From assembly GCA_016777125.1 (NCBI GenBank), contig JADHSC010000005.1, positions 6,345 through 70,344 on the forward strand: a DNA stretch of 64,000 bases. Reading direction: 5' to 3'. The notes below the pieces were generated by a model. The model did no database searches, was not told the DNA's origin, and saw only the letters and a list, made by a program, of their open reading frames with translations. The stretch comes from Candidatus Poseidoniaceae archaeon (GTDB taxonomy: Archaea; Thermoplasmatota; Poseidoniia; Poseidoniales; Poseidoniaceae). A program made the position numbers and the translations under genes. Below, piece by piece: positions 47,333 through 57,486 of this stretch. Position 1 is the first letter of the stretch. Each line of letters opens with the position of its first letter.

Positions 47333-49465
47333 TCATCGGCGAAGTAATGGTAAGAGGGCATTTGCAGCCTTTTCAGCAGCATTTGCAACATCATCAAGTC
47401 GTTGCAAGACACGATACATGTGCATTGCAGCCAGTGGTTCATCATCACCGTTGGTGAAGACATATGCTGCGGCCTTTGCTTCAACACCATCTGCTTCGTG
47501 TTCAATGAGATTGACTTCACGAATCAATGCATAGACTTCATCGACTCCAGCCTTCGTTCTGCCGCTGATGTGGTATTGACGTAAAGCCTCAATCAGATCT
47601 TCATACTTAGCCACTGTTTGAGAAACAATCTCAGCCATTTCAACCAAATTCTCTCGTGCAGTTTCATCTTCCATGAGTGGGCGGAAGGAGAGTTGTTCTG
47701 CTACGTTTTGTGCGTAATCAGCAATTCTGTCCTGGCGACTTACCATGTAGAGGAATGAATCTGAGTCGGCAGCGATACCAAATCTCAGGTCTTGACTTGC
47801 GAGTTCTCGAATCTCAGACTTAATTTTGTCAGCAGTAAATTCTGACTCAACAGTCTCTTCGATTTCTTGACTTGCATCTTCACCAGCACTCGCTTTCTTG
47901 ACAGCAGCAACCATTTTCTCGACGGTTAATTCAACGGCTTCTGCATGCTTGTGGAACAGATCGAATGGAGTTGCCCCATCCTCCTTTGAACTTCCAGCAT
48001 CGGAAAGGGCTTCTTCGACATAAATTTCATTGTCACGAGTTTTCCACATTGCATAGCCAACAGTCATGAAGGCAATTGGAAGAAGAATAATCATTTTGAG
48101 ATTATCTCCGCCTGATGCGATGTAAATTGTAGCAGCACCAAAAGCAGCGACTGGAACACTCGCAACCCAAGAAGCAGCAATCTTTCCAAAGACTCTGAAA
48201 TCCACAGCCTTGGCTCCACCTGCTAATCCTACGCCTACAACGGCACCAACGAGAGTGTGTGTTGTCGATACTGGGACTGCAAGGAAGGGCATAGAGAAGA
48301 TGAGAATTGTTGTTGCAGCTCCAAATTCAGCAGCGAAACCACGTGTTGGAGTAATGTCTGTGATCTTCTTTCCAATCGTTTCCATGACTCTCCAACCCCA
48401 TGTCATCACACCAATAGCAATACCAGCAGAACCGAGAAGAACAAGCCAGAGAGGAATGTCAGCACTTTCCATCAATTGGCCACCATCTTTGGAGAGAACC
48501 TGCCATACTGCAGCCATTGGTCCAATTGCATTGGAACGGTCGTTTGCACCGTGTGCGAATGCGACGTATGCTGCTGTGATAATTTGTAACCAAACGAAGA
48601 TACGTTCTACGCCTCGGAAACCATTGCTTTCTTCATTGATGTCTATTCTCTTGAGAATAAGGAAGAGACAGAATGATGCAATTGCGCCGATTAATCCAGC
48701 GAGCATAAGTGAGTTGATTGGAAGCCATGCAGCCTCTGCAAACGGATCCCATACTCCATTTTCTTTAGCAGGCAACCAGTCTGCTTTGTCATCGATCCAT
48801 TCATTTTTATCGGCCCTAGAGAAAAATCCCTTCAGCGCTTTGAATTGTAGAGCAAGTCCCAAAACAAAGAACGTCGGGAAAGCAAGAATTGGCGCCAACC
48901 ATAGGGAACGTTCCTCAGGATTATCAGAATCTAAGATGAGTTTCTTGATGATGTAGAATGAGAAGAAAGCAAGTAATGCCCCCATTATCGGGCTTGCAAC
49001 CCAACTCATGACGACCTGGCCGACCTTCTCCCAGTTGATGTAGTCTGTACCGTGATCAACTTCCAGAACCAATCCTACACCTATGATTCCACCAATGATG
49101 GAATGTGTTGTCGATACAGGTAGTCCAAATCGTGTTGCGATGGTAAGCCATGTTGCAGCAGCCATCATTGCGGCGATGAAACCAAAGGCAATATCTTGTG
49201 AAATCTTTTGACTAACGCCGCCTTCTTGATCGAAATCAATGACGAGAATGCCTTTGCGAACTGTATCAGTGACCGCATCACCGGCAAAAAATGCACCTGC
49301 GAATTCAAAAATAGCAGCAATAATGACCGCTTGCCTGAGTGTTAATGCACGAGAACCAACAGAGGTACCCATTGCATTTGCGACATCATTCGCACCGATG
49401 TTCCAGGCCATATAGGCGCATACAATTAACGCTAGAGCAATTACAACGACTGTGATTGGTTCCAT
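47333..49465 (-). CDS. PiT-family inorganic phosphate transporter fused to a C-terminal cytoplasmic PhoU/DUF47-like domain
   Basis: NIGANDVANAMGTSVGSRALT and a second GANDRSNAIGPMAAV half (PHO4 repeats). About 230-aa helical C-terminal domain. Confidence 0.8.
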   Translation of the reverse strand: MEPITVVVIALALIVCAYMAWNIGANDVANAMGTSVGSRALTLRQAVIIAAIFEFAGAFFAGDAVTDTVRKGILVIDFDQEGGVSQKISQDIAFGFIAAMMAAATWLTIATRFGLPVSTTHSIIGGIIGVGLVLEVDHGTDYINWEKVGQVVMSWVASPIMGALLAFFSFYIIKKLILDSDNPEERSLWLAPILAFPTFFVLGLALQFKALKGFFSRADKNEWIDDKADWLPAKENGVWDPFAEAAWLPINSLMLAGLIGAIASFCLFLILKRIDINEESNGFRGVERIFVWLQIITAAYVAFAHGANDRSNAIGPMAAVWQVLSKDGGQLMESADIPLWLVLLGSAGIAIGVMTWGWRVMETIGKKITDITPTRGFAAEFGAATTILIFSMPFLAVPVSTTHTLVGAVVGVGLAGGAKAVDFRVFGKIAASWVASVPVAAFGAATIYIASGGDNLKMIILLPIAFMTVGYAMWKTRDNEIYVEEALSDAGSSKEDGATPFDLFHKHAEAVELTVEKMVAAVKKASAGEDASQEIEETVESEFTADKIKSEIRELASQDLRFGIAADSDSFLYMVSRQDRIADYAQNVAEQLSFRPLMEDETARENLVEMAEIVSQTVAKYEDLIEALRQYHISGRTKAGVDEVYALIREVNLIEHEADGVEAKAAAYVFTNGDDEPLAAMHMYRVLQRLDDVANAAEKAANALLPLLRR

Positions 49466-49545
49466 ATAGTGTTCTATCGATATGAGGTATATATTCCATA
49501 CTCCATATATTCTATATAGGACTATTTAGACCGTAACCTGATACC
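49466..49545. promoter_or_regulatory. AT-rich divergent promoter region between PiT and the AbrB-PhoU regulator, with a direct repeat ATATATTC(C/T)ATA x2
   Basis: Repeats at 49489-49500 and 49505-49516, 16 nt apart. Multiple TATA-like elements. Confidence 0.4.
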
Positions 49546-50595
49546 ATGGCATCTGGTCCCGGCGATACTTCTTTGCGCAAAATCCAATCAACTGGCGGAG
49601 GGACCTTCACCCTAAGTTTACCAAAACAGTGGGTTACCAAGCAGCATCTGAAAACAAGAGATGCCATTAAGATCGATTGGAGACCGAGCGGAGCGTTACG
49701 ATTGACACCCGTGGAATTTGATAATACGACTGTGAGAACAATAATCTACGATTTAGAAAACCTTCCTGAAGAGAGTCTATTCGACCACCTTATGGGAGGC
49801 TATATCGCAGGCGCTGATATCATAAAAATACGATTTAAGTCTCAGAATGAGAGAATTTTGCGACAACAAATCCGCCGGTTTCTAAGGGCTACTCGCGGCT
49901 TTGAAATGTATTCCGAAGAGGACAATGAATTTGAATTACGGTGCCTTCTCAACACAGGAGATATGCCGATTTCTTCAAGCCTGAATCGTATGTTTTTACA
50001 ACTCTCCAGTTCAATACGAGACATTCTAAGTGTGTTCCAAGGAGAGGATCCAACGTTTCTTGATGATTTGGATGAGCGTGAAAGCGAAATTGATGCTCTT
50101 CTCCATCTCATAGAGCGCCAAGTAAGACTGCTGGTTGACAATTATTCCATCGCAACCAAACTGAATATGACGCGAATTCAATCCCTTGAATCTGGGAATC
50201 TTGCGCGCTCCCTCGAACGCATGATGGACCATGCAGTTCTTATTGGAACAAATGTGAAAGTCAATTACGAGATATTAGCTGATAAAGAGAACAACTCCTC
50301 ACTGAACAAATTACCTGAATGGCAGAACTCGATCAAAGAATTGATGATCAATATACGAATAAGAGACGCCAAGCGAATAGAAGAAGCACGTACAAATCTA
50401 AAGATCATTCAAAATGATCTGATGGAAAACGAGCGAAAACTCTTCCAAAACCCTAAAAAGTATTCTTGGGCACTTCATGAATTATCTGTTTCAGAATCTA
50501 TTCGCCGACTGTGTGCTTATGCCCGGGACTTTGGAGAGTCCCTGATTAATATGAATGCCTACAAAGGAATAAGGCGTGACAGGAAAGGTGTTTAA
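49546..50595 (+). CDS. phosphate uptake regulator: N-terminal AbrB/SpoVT-like swapped-hairpin domain plus PhoU domains
   Basis: IQSTGGGTFTLSLPKQWV (AbrB-like) followed by PhoU-like helical repeats. Markedly AT-rich codon usage. Confidence 0.7.
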   Translation: MASGPGDTSLRKIQSTGGGTFTLSLPKQWVTKQHLKTRDAIKIDWRPSGALRLTPVEFDNTTVRTIIYDLENLPEESLFDHLMGGYIAGADIIKIRFKSQNERILRQQIRRFLRATRGFEMYSEEDNEFELRCLLNTGDMPISSSLNRMFLQLSSSIRDILSVFQGEDPTFLDDLDERESEIDALLHLIERQVRLLVDNYSIATKLNMTRIQSLESGNLARSLERMMDHAVLIGTNVKVNYEILADKENNSSLNKLPEWQNSIKELMINIRIRDAKRIEEARTNLKIIQNDLMENERKLFQNPKKYSWALHELSVSESIRRLCAYARDFGESLINMNAYKGIRRDRKGV

Positions 50596-50687
50596 TAAAA
50601 CACTTAATGTATTATTTACACCTTTGTGTTGGCTTTTTCACCTCTCCTTTGAATAGGTCGGACGCCTACTTCTATACAGGGACAACA

Positions 50688-50846
50688 ATGGATATCGAAC
50701 TAGAGACCTACGTAAACCAAACAATGGATAGACAACAGTATAGGAGTGGAATTTTCTCCAGTCTCCTTGAGCGATATGCTCGTGCAGTTGCATACTACAG
50801 AGCTCCAGTAGATACCCGCGGAATCCCTGCACTAAAGGAGGAATAA
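50688..50846 (+). CDS. small ORF (52 aa), paralog of the following small ORF
   Basis: MDIELETYVNQTMDRQQYRSGI... shares LE[TS]YV[ND]..[MI]D...YR[SN]GI with the next ORF. Confidence 0.35.
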   Translation: MDIELETYVNQTMDRQQYRSGIFSSLLERYARAVAYYRAPVDTRGIPALKEE

Positions 50847-50849
50847 ATA

Positions 50850-50969
50850 ATGGATAAATATTTAGAAAGCTACGTCGATAACGCAATTGATAACCTCGAA
50901 TACCGTAACGGGATTCGATTTCTTCCTGGTTGGATGAATAAGATTCTTTCCAGTATTCGTCGATCCTGA
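50850..50969 (+). CDS. small ORF (39 aa), paralog of the preceding small ORF; absent from the ORF track (<60 aa)
   Basis: AAGGAGGAA RBS 7 nt upstream. Encodes MDKYLESYVDNAIDNLEYRNGIRFLPGWMNKILSSIRRS*. Confidence 0.4.
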   Translation: MDKYLESYVDNAIDNLEYRNGIRFLPGWMNKILSSIRRS

Positions 50970-51011
50970 ATCAACGGCAACAGTCTTGAATGATAAGGTT
51001 CATGTTGAGGC

Positions 51012-51986
51012 ATGAGCAACTGGGCGCCGCATCTTATCGGCTTGGCCACTCCTCTCTCTGCAATCATCTGTTTGATGATCGGTGGTTGGTGGATTATTGT
51101 CCCCATCGTACTTCTACTCGGAATTTATCCTTTCATGGATACACTTGCTGGCTCTACCACGGTTCATGATATCGAAGACGAAGGAAAAGGTCACGACTTT
51201 ATTGTCCATTTACATGGTCTGCTGGTGCCACTAATTGTTGCAGCGTTGCTGTATCGGGTGTGGGACGGTCTCGGTTCCATTTCCATACTCATCCCAATCC
51301 TATGCGCAGGTCTGGCCACTGGAGCTGCAGGTGTTGTAGCCGCACATGAGCTCGGTCACAGAAAACCTAAATCGTTCAGTTGGTGGCTTGCTCGTCTCGA
51401 TCTTTTCTCCGTTCTTTACCTCCATTTCACTGTTGAACATAACCACACACATCACAAGCATTGGGCCAGAGAAGTTGATCCAACAAGTTCTCCTTGGGGC
51501 AGAAGCATCTATATTCACTTATTGAGAACAATCCCTCTGCAACTAAGAAACGCCTTTAGGATACGCAAAAAAGATGCAACAATATCAGTAATCTTGGAAC
51601 TTAGTTTGTTGATATCTCTTGCAGTTTGGGGAATGGACTACTTTGTTGCCTTCCTTGGTCAAGCAATCATCGCAATCTACCTTCTCGAATTTGTGAATTA
51701 CATCCAACATCATGGTTTACTTCGAGGAGTGGATGAGCGACCAAATGCATCTCATGCATGGGAAAGCCGAAGCCGTTGGTCAAAATATACATTGATGAAC
51801 TTGACACTCCATGCGTCTCATCATCTTCGGTCAAGTACTCCTTATGAGCGACTCAAGCCTCATGATGAATCGCCCCAGTTACCTGGAGGCTATTACCAAA
51901 TGTTCTGGATAGCGTTGATTCCACCACTCTTTCATCGATTGATGAGAAAGCGTGTAGATCATTCTGGTGGTGTTGGTGGAGCGTAG
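51012..51986 (+). CDS. membrane di-iron hydroxylase/desaturase of the AlkB (alkane-1-monooxygenase) / fatty-acid desaturase family
   Basis: Histidine boxes HELGHR, EHNHTHH, NYIQHHGL and HASHH, with TM helices. Confidence 0.65.
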   Translation: MSNWAPHLIGLATPLSAIICLMIGGWWIIVPIVLLLGIYPFMDTLAGSTTVHDIEDEGKGHDFIVHLHGLLVPLIVAALLYRVWDGLGSISILIPILCAGLATGAAGVVAAHELGHRKPKSFSWWLARLDLFSVLYLHFTVEHNHTHHKHWAREVDPTSSPWGRSIYIHLLRTIPLQLRNAFRIRKKDATISVILELSLLISLAVWGMDYFVAFLGQAIIAIYLLEFVNYIQHHGLLRGVDERPNASHAWESRSRWSKYTLMNLTLHASHHLRSSTPYERLKPHDESPQLPGGYYQMFWIALIPPLFHRLMRKRVDHSGGVGGA

Positions 51987-53023
51987 CCCCCGTTAACAGC
52001 TTCCTGAACAATCTTCAAATCTGATTCGACCATCATTTGAACCAATTCTTCGAAGGTTGTTTTGGTTTCCCAACCCAACTTTTCCTTAGCGTAACTTGGA
52101 TCCCCTATGAGGAGGTCAACTTCAGCAGGACGGAAGAATTTTGGATTTGTACGAACACGAACAACTCCTGATTGATCTGTAGCGATTGTGTCTGCGCCTT
52201 CACCAGACCAAGTAAGATCCATTCCAATGTGAGAGAACGCAAGAGAAATCATGTCGCGAATGCTGTGGGTTCGTCCTGTAGCGATGACATAATCATCAGG
52301 CTTGTCTTGCTGAAGCATCTTCCATTGCATCTCAACGTAATCGCCAGCGAATCCCCAATCGCGCTTTGACTCAACGTTTCCAATGTAGAGGCATTCATCG
52401 AATCCATGCTTGATTCGAGCAGCCATCATCGTCACCTTTCGTGTAACGAATTCAAGACCGCGTCTTGGGCTTTCGTGGTTGAATAGGATTCCTGTGCAAG
52501 CAAACATATCGTAGGATTCTCGGTAGTTTCGAGTGATTTCAAATGCCATAACCTTTGCACATCCATACGGAGAGCGAGGATGGAATGGTGTTTCCTCAGA
52601 TTGAGGGACCTCTCGTACCTTTCCGTATTGTTCGCTAGAACCTGCCTGGTAAAATCGGCAATCTGGTGAATGCTTACGAATTGCTTCAAGGCATCGAAGG
52701 GCTCCGAGTCCAGTAATGTCTGCTGTCATCATTGGAGATCTCCATGATTCTGGAACAAACGACATTGCACCGAGATTGTAGAATTCATCTGGTTTGACTT
52801 GATGAACGGCATTATCAATCGAGTTCTGATCAGCAAGATCACCGTTGAGTAGGTGGAACTTATCATTACCCATCAAGTGGTTGATGAGGCTACGTCCTAG
52901 GCTTGGCTGGGATACTCTACGAACCAATCCATAGACGGTATATCCCTTTTCGAGGAGTAATTCTGCTAGGTAGGAACCGTCTTGGCCGGTGATTCCTGTG
53001 ATGAGGGCTGTTCTTTCGCTCAT
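51959..53023 (-). CDS. gmd: GDP-mannose 4,6-dehydratase
   Basis: ALITGITGQDGSYLAELLLEKGY, the SDR catalytic region and FYQAGSSEQYG. Confidence 0.85.
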   Translation of the reverse strand: MSERTALITGITGQDGSYLAELLLEKGYTVYGLVRRVSQPSLGRSLINHLMGNDKFHLLNGDLADQNSIDNAVHQVKPDEFYNLGAMSFVPESWRSPMMTADITGLGALRCLEAIRKHSPDCRFYQAGSSEQYGKVREVPQSEETPFHPRSPYGCAKVMAFEITRNYRESYDMFACTGILFNHESPRRGLEFVTRKVTMMAARIKHGFDECLYIGNVESKRDWGFAGDYVEMQWKMLQQDKPDDYVIATGRTHSIRDMISLAFSHIGMDLTWSGEGADTIATDQSGVVRVRTNPKFFRPAEVDLLIGDPSYAKEKLGWETKTTFEELVQMMVESDLKIVQEAVNGGYAPPTPPE

Positions 53024-53159
53024 ATAGAATCCTAAGCCGTTCCTCTTTTGAAGGCGTCGGAGTTACGCTTGAATGAGAATTCTTACAACGATACAAATCT
53101 ACAAAAATGCTGAGGCAATCCCTAGAAGAGTATATGATGTGTATATCGGAGGAGAAATC

Positions 53160-53867
53160 ATGCTGACAGTAAACGATTTGACCAAGAGTTTTGGTTCTGG
53201 TTCAAACAGGTTAGATGTACTCAAAGGCGTGGATATGAGCATCACAAAAGGTGAGATGGTTGCTTTAATGGGCCCGTCAGGCTGTGGTAAATCCACGTTA
53301 TTGAATATCATTGGAGGTCTTCTTTCAGCAGATAGCGGGGATATTGATCTTGAAGGCCGTACATACGGACGGCAGAAACCTTCGGAGGTCGTTGACATTC
53401 GACGAAAGGGCGTTGGCTGGATTTTCCAAGACTTCCATCTTGTTCCTTCACTCTCGGCAAAAGACAACGTCGCTATGGCTCTCGAACTTTGTGGCTACAA
53501 GAGCGAAGAAGCTGAGGAGCGTGCAGTTGCCGCTCTAAACGAGGTCGGACTCGGAGATCGAACACATCACATTCCTGACCAACTGTCAGGTGGTCAACAA
53601 CAACGTGTTGCGATTGCTCGAGCGATTGCAGGAAAGCGTTCTATTCTTCTTGCTGACGAACCAACAGGGAATCTTGATATTGCTAGCGGTAAGGAGATCA
53701 TGGAACTGTTCAAGAGATTGTGTAATGATGAAGAGAATCCAATTTCTATCTTGATGGTTACCCACGATCCAGATCTTGCAACACAAGCAGATAGAATGTT
53801 GCTGTTACGTGATGGTAAGACCTTTGCAAGCGACATACGTAGCGCTTGGGGAATAGAGGAGGAATGA
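53160..53867 (+). CDS. ABC transporter ATP-binding protein (MacB/LolD-like)
   Basis: Walker A GPSGCGKST. Signature [14 protein letters not shown]. Walker B LLADEPTGNLD. GGAGGAGAAATC RBS. Confidence 0.85.
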   Translation: MLTVNDLTKSFGSGSNRLDVLKGVDMSITKGEMVALMGPSGCGKSTLLNIIGGLLSADSGDIDLEGRTYGRQKPSEVVDIRRKGVGWIFQDFHLVPSLSAKDNVAMALELCGYKSEEAEERAVAALNEVGLGDRTHHIPDQLSGGQQQRVAIARAIAGKRSILLADEPTGNLDIASGKEIMELFKRLCNDEENPISILMVTHDPDLATQADRMLLLRDGKTFASDIRSAWGIEEE

Positions 53868-53871
53868 TTCT

Positions 53872-56800
53872 ATGTCTGAAGAAACAGAACAAAAGTCCGT
53901 TGAATCAAACGAGATCAAAGAGAATGGCCGTCTCGGAACGTTCATCCACAGAGTCAGAGAACTTCCATCAAATTACAGAATTGCCTTAGTTAGTTCGTGG
54001 CGAAACAAGGAACGAGGCCTTGCAGTCTTTGCAGGAGTCTTCCTTGCGTCTCTTGTTATTACCACCGTTCTTTCCTACGGTGTTGGTCTGAGCCAAATTT
54101 TCCTTTCAACTTCACTCGAGGGTGAACCTGTCGATGCTAAAATTGAATTCGACCGTAAGCCAGTGGAAGGGGCTGAAGGTTGGACAAATAATTCCACAGT
54201 GATGATGGAAGTGTGTGACGAACTTGTTGCGGACTTTGTGGAATTCACAGACTGTGCCTTAACGTTAGGTCGGCAAGGGATTCACGGTGGTGGTTTCTTC
54301 AACGAAGATTTCATTGTTGCTCAACCGCTTGAAATGAGATCCATGGAAGCGAGTGGGAATCCGTTATGGGGCGATATTAACTTCAATTATCCCGAACTGG
54401 AAGATGCAGGTCCACCTATTTCAGAAATGCGTGGAATTCGATTCATGGGCCCAGGTGCATTTGACGGCGAATTGGCAGATCGATTTGGAGGTAATATCAT
54501 CGATGGTCTTGGAGAATGGCCTTCCCCAGAGGAAATGGAGGACCGACGTGGGTTGATTCTTCCATCAAACATTGTATCGGATGCGAGAGCGAACGTTGGT
54601 GACAAAATCGACACACTTTCGTTCGTATATGTCACGCAAACCTCTGAACTTGGTTCCGATTCCATTACCACCGAGAACTGTGTTGGAGAAATCACAAGCG
54701 AAGTAAATGGGCAGACCTATTGCCGAGAAGAATTTGTTGTTGAAAATTTGACCATTCTTGGGGTGTACGATCCTTGGGATTTTGGAAACCCAACGCTTCC
54801 TCCAAATCCTATCTTCGCTTCTCTTACTTCCTTATCGGATGATCAACAACGAACACTCATCGATAACGACCATATCTACCTCTCAATGTCTGTTAACCGC
54901 TCGCTGATTCCATCTTCTTCGACGACTGAAGCAGCAGAATGGCTTGAAGACCTCGGCATGAGAGTCGGTGACAGAGAATATGCAAACGGAACAGTCGAAG
55001 TGTTTTACTTCGATATCGTTAGTGGAACAATCACTTTCCTGCAAATTTTCCTTGGCCTTATCCAAGCGTTTGATTACATCATCATGATTCCAATTGTTGT
55101 TCTATCAATTGCAGTATTGATTTACGGTTTGGTTTTGAGTCTGGAACAACGAAGACGAGAAATCAGTATCCAGCGAGTCATAGGAGCTGATACTCAACGA
55201 TTGAGCGGAATGGTTCTGCTTGAACTATCTGTAATCGCTTTCGCAGGCTGGGTTGTCGGCTACCTGCTTGCAATGATCGCAGTACCGATTGTTCTCTCCG
55301 CAGTAGGATTCTTGGTGTTCTCAGAACTCACAACCGAAGTCAATCCAGCTTTGTCCTTCGGAGCAACACTCTTCACAGCATTTGCAACGTTGGGTGTGGC
55401 ATTGCTCTTCGGACGTAGCCGCACACGTGAATTCATTGAAATGGAAATCGATGAAGGCGTCCGCACAATTTCCAAGAAGCGCCCTCCTCGACGTTGGCTG
55501 CATTGGACAATGTTTGCCATTGGTATGCTCTCCTTTACAGACACTGCTCTTGAGCAAAATGGTAGCGAAGATGGTCTGTATTCGAACTTCTTCCTCGAAG
55601 GACTGTTCGGGATATTTGGCCCGTTCTTCCTCTGGATTGGTGGCGCTCTTCTTCTCGCTTGGCTCGGTGCAAAAGGCCCTTACATCATGCAGTTTATCTT
55701 CGGAAAGACTGCGTTGTTAAAGGATGTGAAGCGTGGATTGAAAGGATCAGGTTCCTCGGAATCCATCAATAGACTCTCGGTCATTATGCTTCTTACGCTC
55801 TCCATTGTAACATTAGCAGCAGTTCAAGGCTACACGGGAACACTCGTCGATGAGAGAACTGCTGATGCGAACGTAGGTTCTGAATTGCAGATGGTCATGG
55901 ATGGACCTCGTTCCCAATCTCAAGTTGAAGCTGTTCTTACTGAATACTATCCTGATGGAGAAATAGTCGCAATGACGGTTCCTCAAATCCTCCTTAGTCC
56001 TACGGCAGGTGGGGATACATACCTAACCTACGTTTTGATGAACAATAGTGATGAAGTGTTACGTTGGAACCAGCAAGCAATTCCGGGAGATGGCTCAGAT
56101 CCTTCAATTTATGGAGGTATGACCTTTTCAGCCGGCGAAGATGCAGCCTACGGTTTGGATTTGTGGGGTTCGGGACGACGAAGTAATGACGCAGAAGACA
56201 TTGTTCTCTCTGCTTCAGATTCTCGCTCTGAAGTGGTCAATTTCACATATAATGACATAGATTTTGTCCCATCGAACATCTCTGAAGAAGATAGACTCGG
56301 AATTTTATTCGCTTTCGCATCAGTCCTAGATACCGACTTGAGTGATACCGATTTGTCAAATGAAAACTTTGCGTATCGAGACTTTGGTCGAACAAATTTC
56401 ATTGGCGCAGATTTAAGCGGTGCAAACTTCTCAGGTGCGAACCTAAGCGAATCAATATTTGTCGATACAAACATCGAAAATACCAATTTTTCAGATGCTA
56501 ACTTGGAAGGAGCAATTTTCTTTTCTCTTGCATCTCTGTTAAGTGCAGAAGACCCAGTACAACCTACATTGGATGAAATTATCGAGCGCATAGGGCTTTA
56601 TGATCTCAGTGTAACAGAAAGCATTGAAGGCATGATCTGTCCAAACGGAGAAACAGCTCCGGATGAGGCATGTACAACCTTCTCTGATTTCTCACAGTTC
56701 CCTGAGTTACTTCAACCATTTTTGTTTATGCAATCGATGGATGTCGTCATCACTCCATCTCAAGAAGAACTGAGATACATCGGAGTACACAGATTCATTC

Positions 56801-57483
56801 CTGGCGTTCCGAGTGCTGCTATGGGCACATCTCTGATTATTTCTGAAGAATCATGGCGAGCATTTGTTGGAGATGAAGATGCGAATTCACACAATTCGAC
56901 AACGTGGATTATCCACCTTCCTGATATCAGTGGAGATGAGTTGAAAGCACTCGCTTCGATCATCGAAGCGGATTCTCGAGTCTCGAGTACGAATGATTGG
57001 AAAACTGCTCACGAAGCAGTTGAACGAGACGGTGGCCTGATCTTTGGAACACCTGGGCTTCTCTCATTGCAATTCGTTGTAGCGAGTATTGCTGCTGTAG
57101 CATCTGCCTTCGTTTTCTTATCGTTGGTACTCACACAACGTCAAAAGGAATTAGCGATTCTCCAAGCGATTGGAGCAAGTCCAAATCAGATTATTCGACT
57201 TGTTCTGTTTGAGATTCTGTCGATTGTTCTTGTTTCTATGTTGCTCGGAATTATTCTCGGTATTGGTGTGGCGTTCTCCTTCAACGGATTCTTCGACGTC
57301 TTCGGGTTCATCTTCCAGATATTTGGTGGAACGTCTACGGTGATTGAACGTGAGTTGGTCTATCCATGGGTTCAACTTGGTTTAGTAACGTTCTCTGTTT
57401 TCGTAGCGGTTGTTCTTGCATTGGTCGTAACAACACGTCGAGCACTCAGCGCTGATCTTGCAAGCGTTCTCAAGGGGGAGTGA
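53872..57483 (+). CDS. ABC permease with two FtsX domains and a ~600-aa extracytoplasmic domain containing pentapeptide repeats
   Basis: FtsX motifs LSLEQRRREISIQRVIGAD and LTQRQKELAILQAIGAS. Ectodomain repeats ADLSGANFSGANLSESIFVDTNIENTNFSDANLEGAIF. Confidence 0.8.
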   Translation: MSEETEQKSVESNEIKENGRLGTFIHRVRELPSNYRIALVSSWRNKERGLAVFAGVFLASLVITTVLSYGVGLSQIFLSTSLEGEPVDAKIEFDRKPVEGAEGWTNNSTVMMEVCDELVADFVEFTDCALTLGRQGIHGGGFFNEDFIVAQPLEMRSMEASGNPLWGDINFNYPELEDAGPPISEMRGIRFMGPGAFDGELADRFGGNIIDGLGEWPSPEEMEDRRGLILPSNIVSDARANVGDKIDTLSFVYVTQTSELGSDSITTENCVGEITSEVNGQTYCREEFVVENLTILGVYDPWDFGNPTLPPNPIFASLTSLSDDQQRTLIDNDHIYLSMSVNRSLIPSSSTTEAAEWLEDLGMRVGDREYANGTVEVFYFDIVSGTITFLQIFLGLIQAFDYIIMIPIVVLSIAVLIYGLVLSLEQRRREISIQRVIGADTQRLSGMVLLELSVIAFAGWVVGYLLAMIAVPIVLSAVGFLVFSELTTEVNPALSFGATLFTAFATLGVALLFGRSRTREFIEMEIDEGVRTISKKRPPRRWLHWTMFAIGMLSFTDTALEQNGSEDGLYSNFFLEGLFGIFGPFFLWIGGALLLAWLGAKGPYIMQFIFGKTALLKDVKRGLKGSGSSESINRLSVIMLLTLSIVTLAAVQGYTGTLVDERTADANVGSELQMVMDGPRSQSQVEAVLTEYYPDGEIVAMTVPQILLSPTAGGDTYLTYVLMNNSDEVLRWNQQAIPGDGSDPSIYGGMTFSAGEDAAYGLDLWGSGRRSNDAEDIVLSASDSRSEVVNFTYNDIDFVPSNISEEDRLGILFAFASVLDTDLSDTDLSNENFAYRDFGRTNFIGADLSGANFSGANLSESIFVDTNIENTNFSDANLEGAIFFSLASLLSAEDPVQPTLDEIIERIGLYDLSVTESIEGMICPNGETAPDEACTTFSDFSQFPELLQPFLFMQSMDVVITPSQEELRYIGVHRFIPGVPSAAMGTSLIISEESWRAFVGDEDANSHNSTTWIIHLPDISGDELKALASIIEADSRVSSTNDWKTAHEAVERDGGLIFGTPGLLSLQFVVASIAAVASAFVFLSLVLTQRQKELAILQAIGASPNQIIRLVLFEILSIVLVSMLLGIILGIGVAFSFNGFFDVFGFIFQIFGGTSTVIERELVYPWVQLGLVTFSVFVAVVLALVVTTRRALSADLASVLKGE

Positions 57484-57486
57484 AGT

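Noticed and set aside
50596-51011. tRNA or small RNA in the AT-rich spacer
   Set aside because: There is no GC-rich cloverleaf-like segment. The region is instead explained by two small paralogous ORFs.
50638-51106. Minus-strand ORFs 50638..50886 and 50870..51106
   Set aside because: They overlap the small paralogous ORFs and the AlkB-like gene start. They have no RBS, no motifs and AT-rich random composition.
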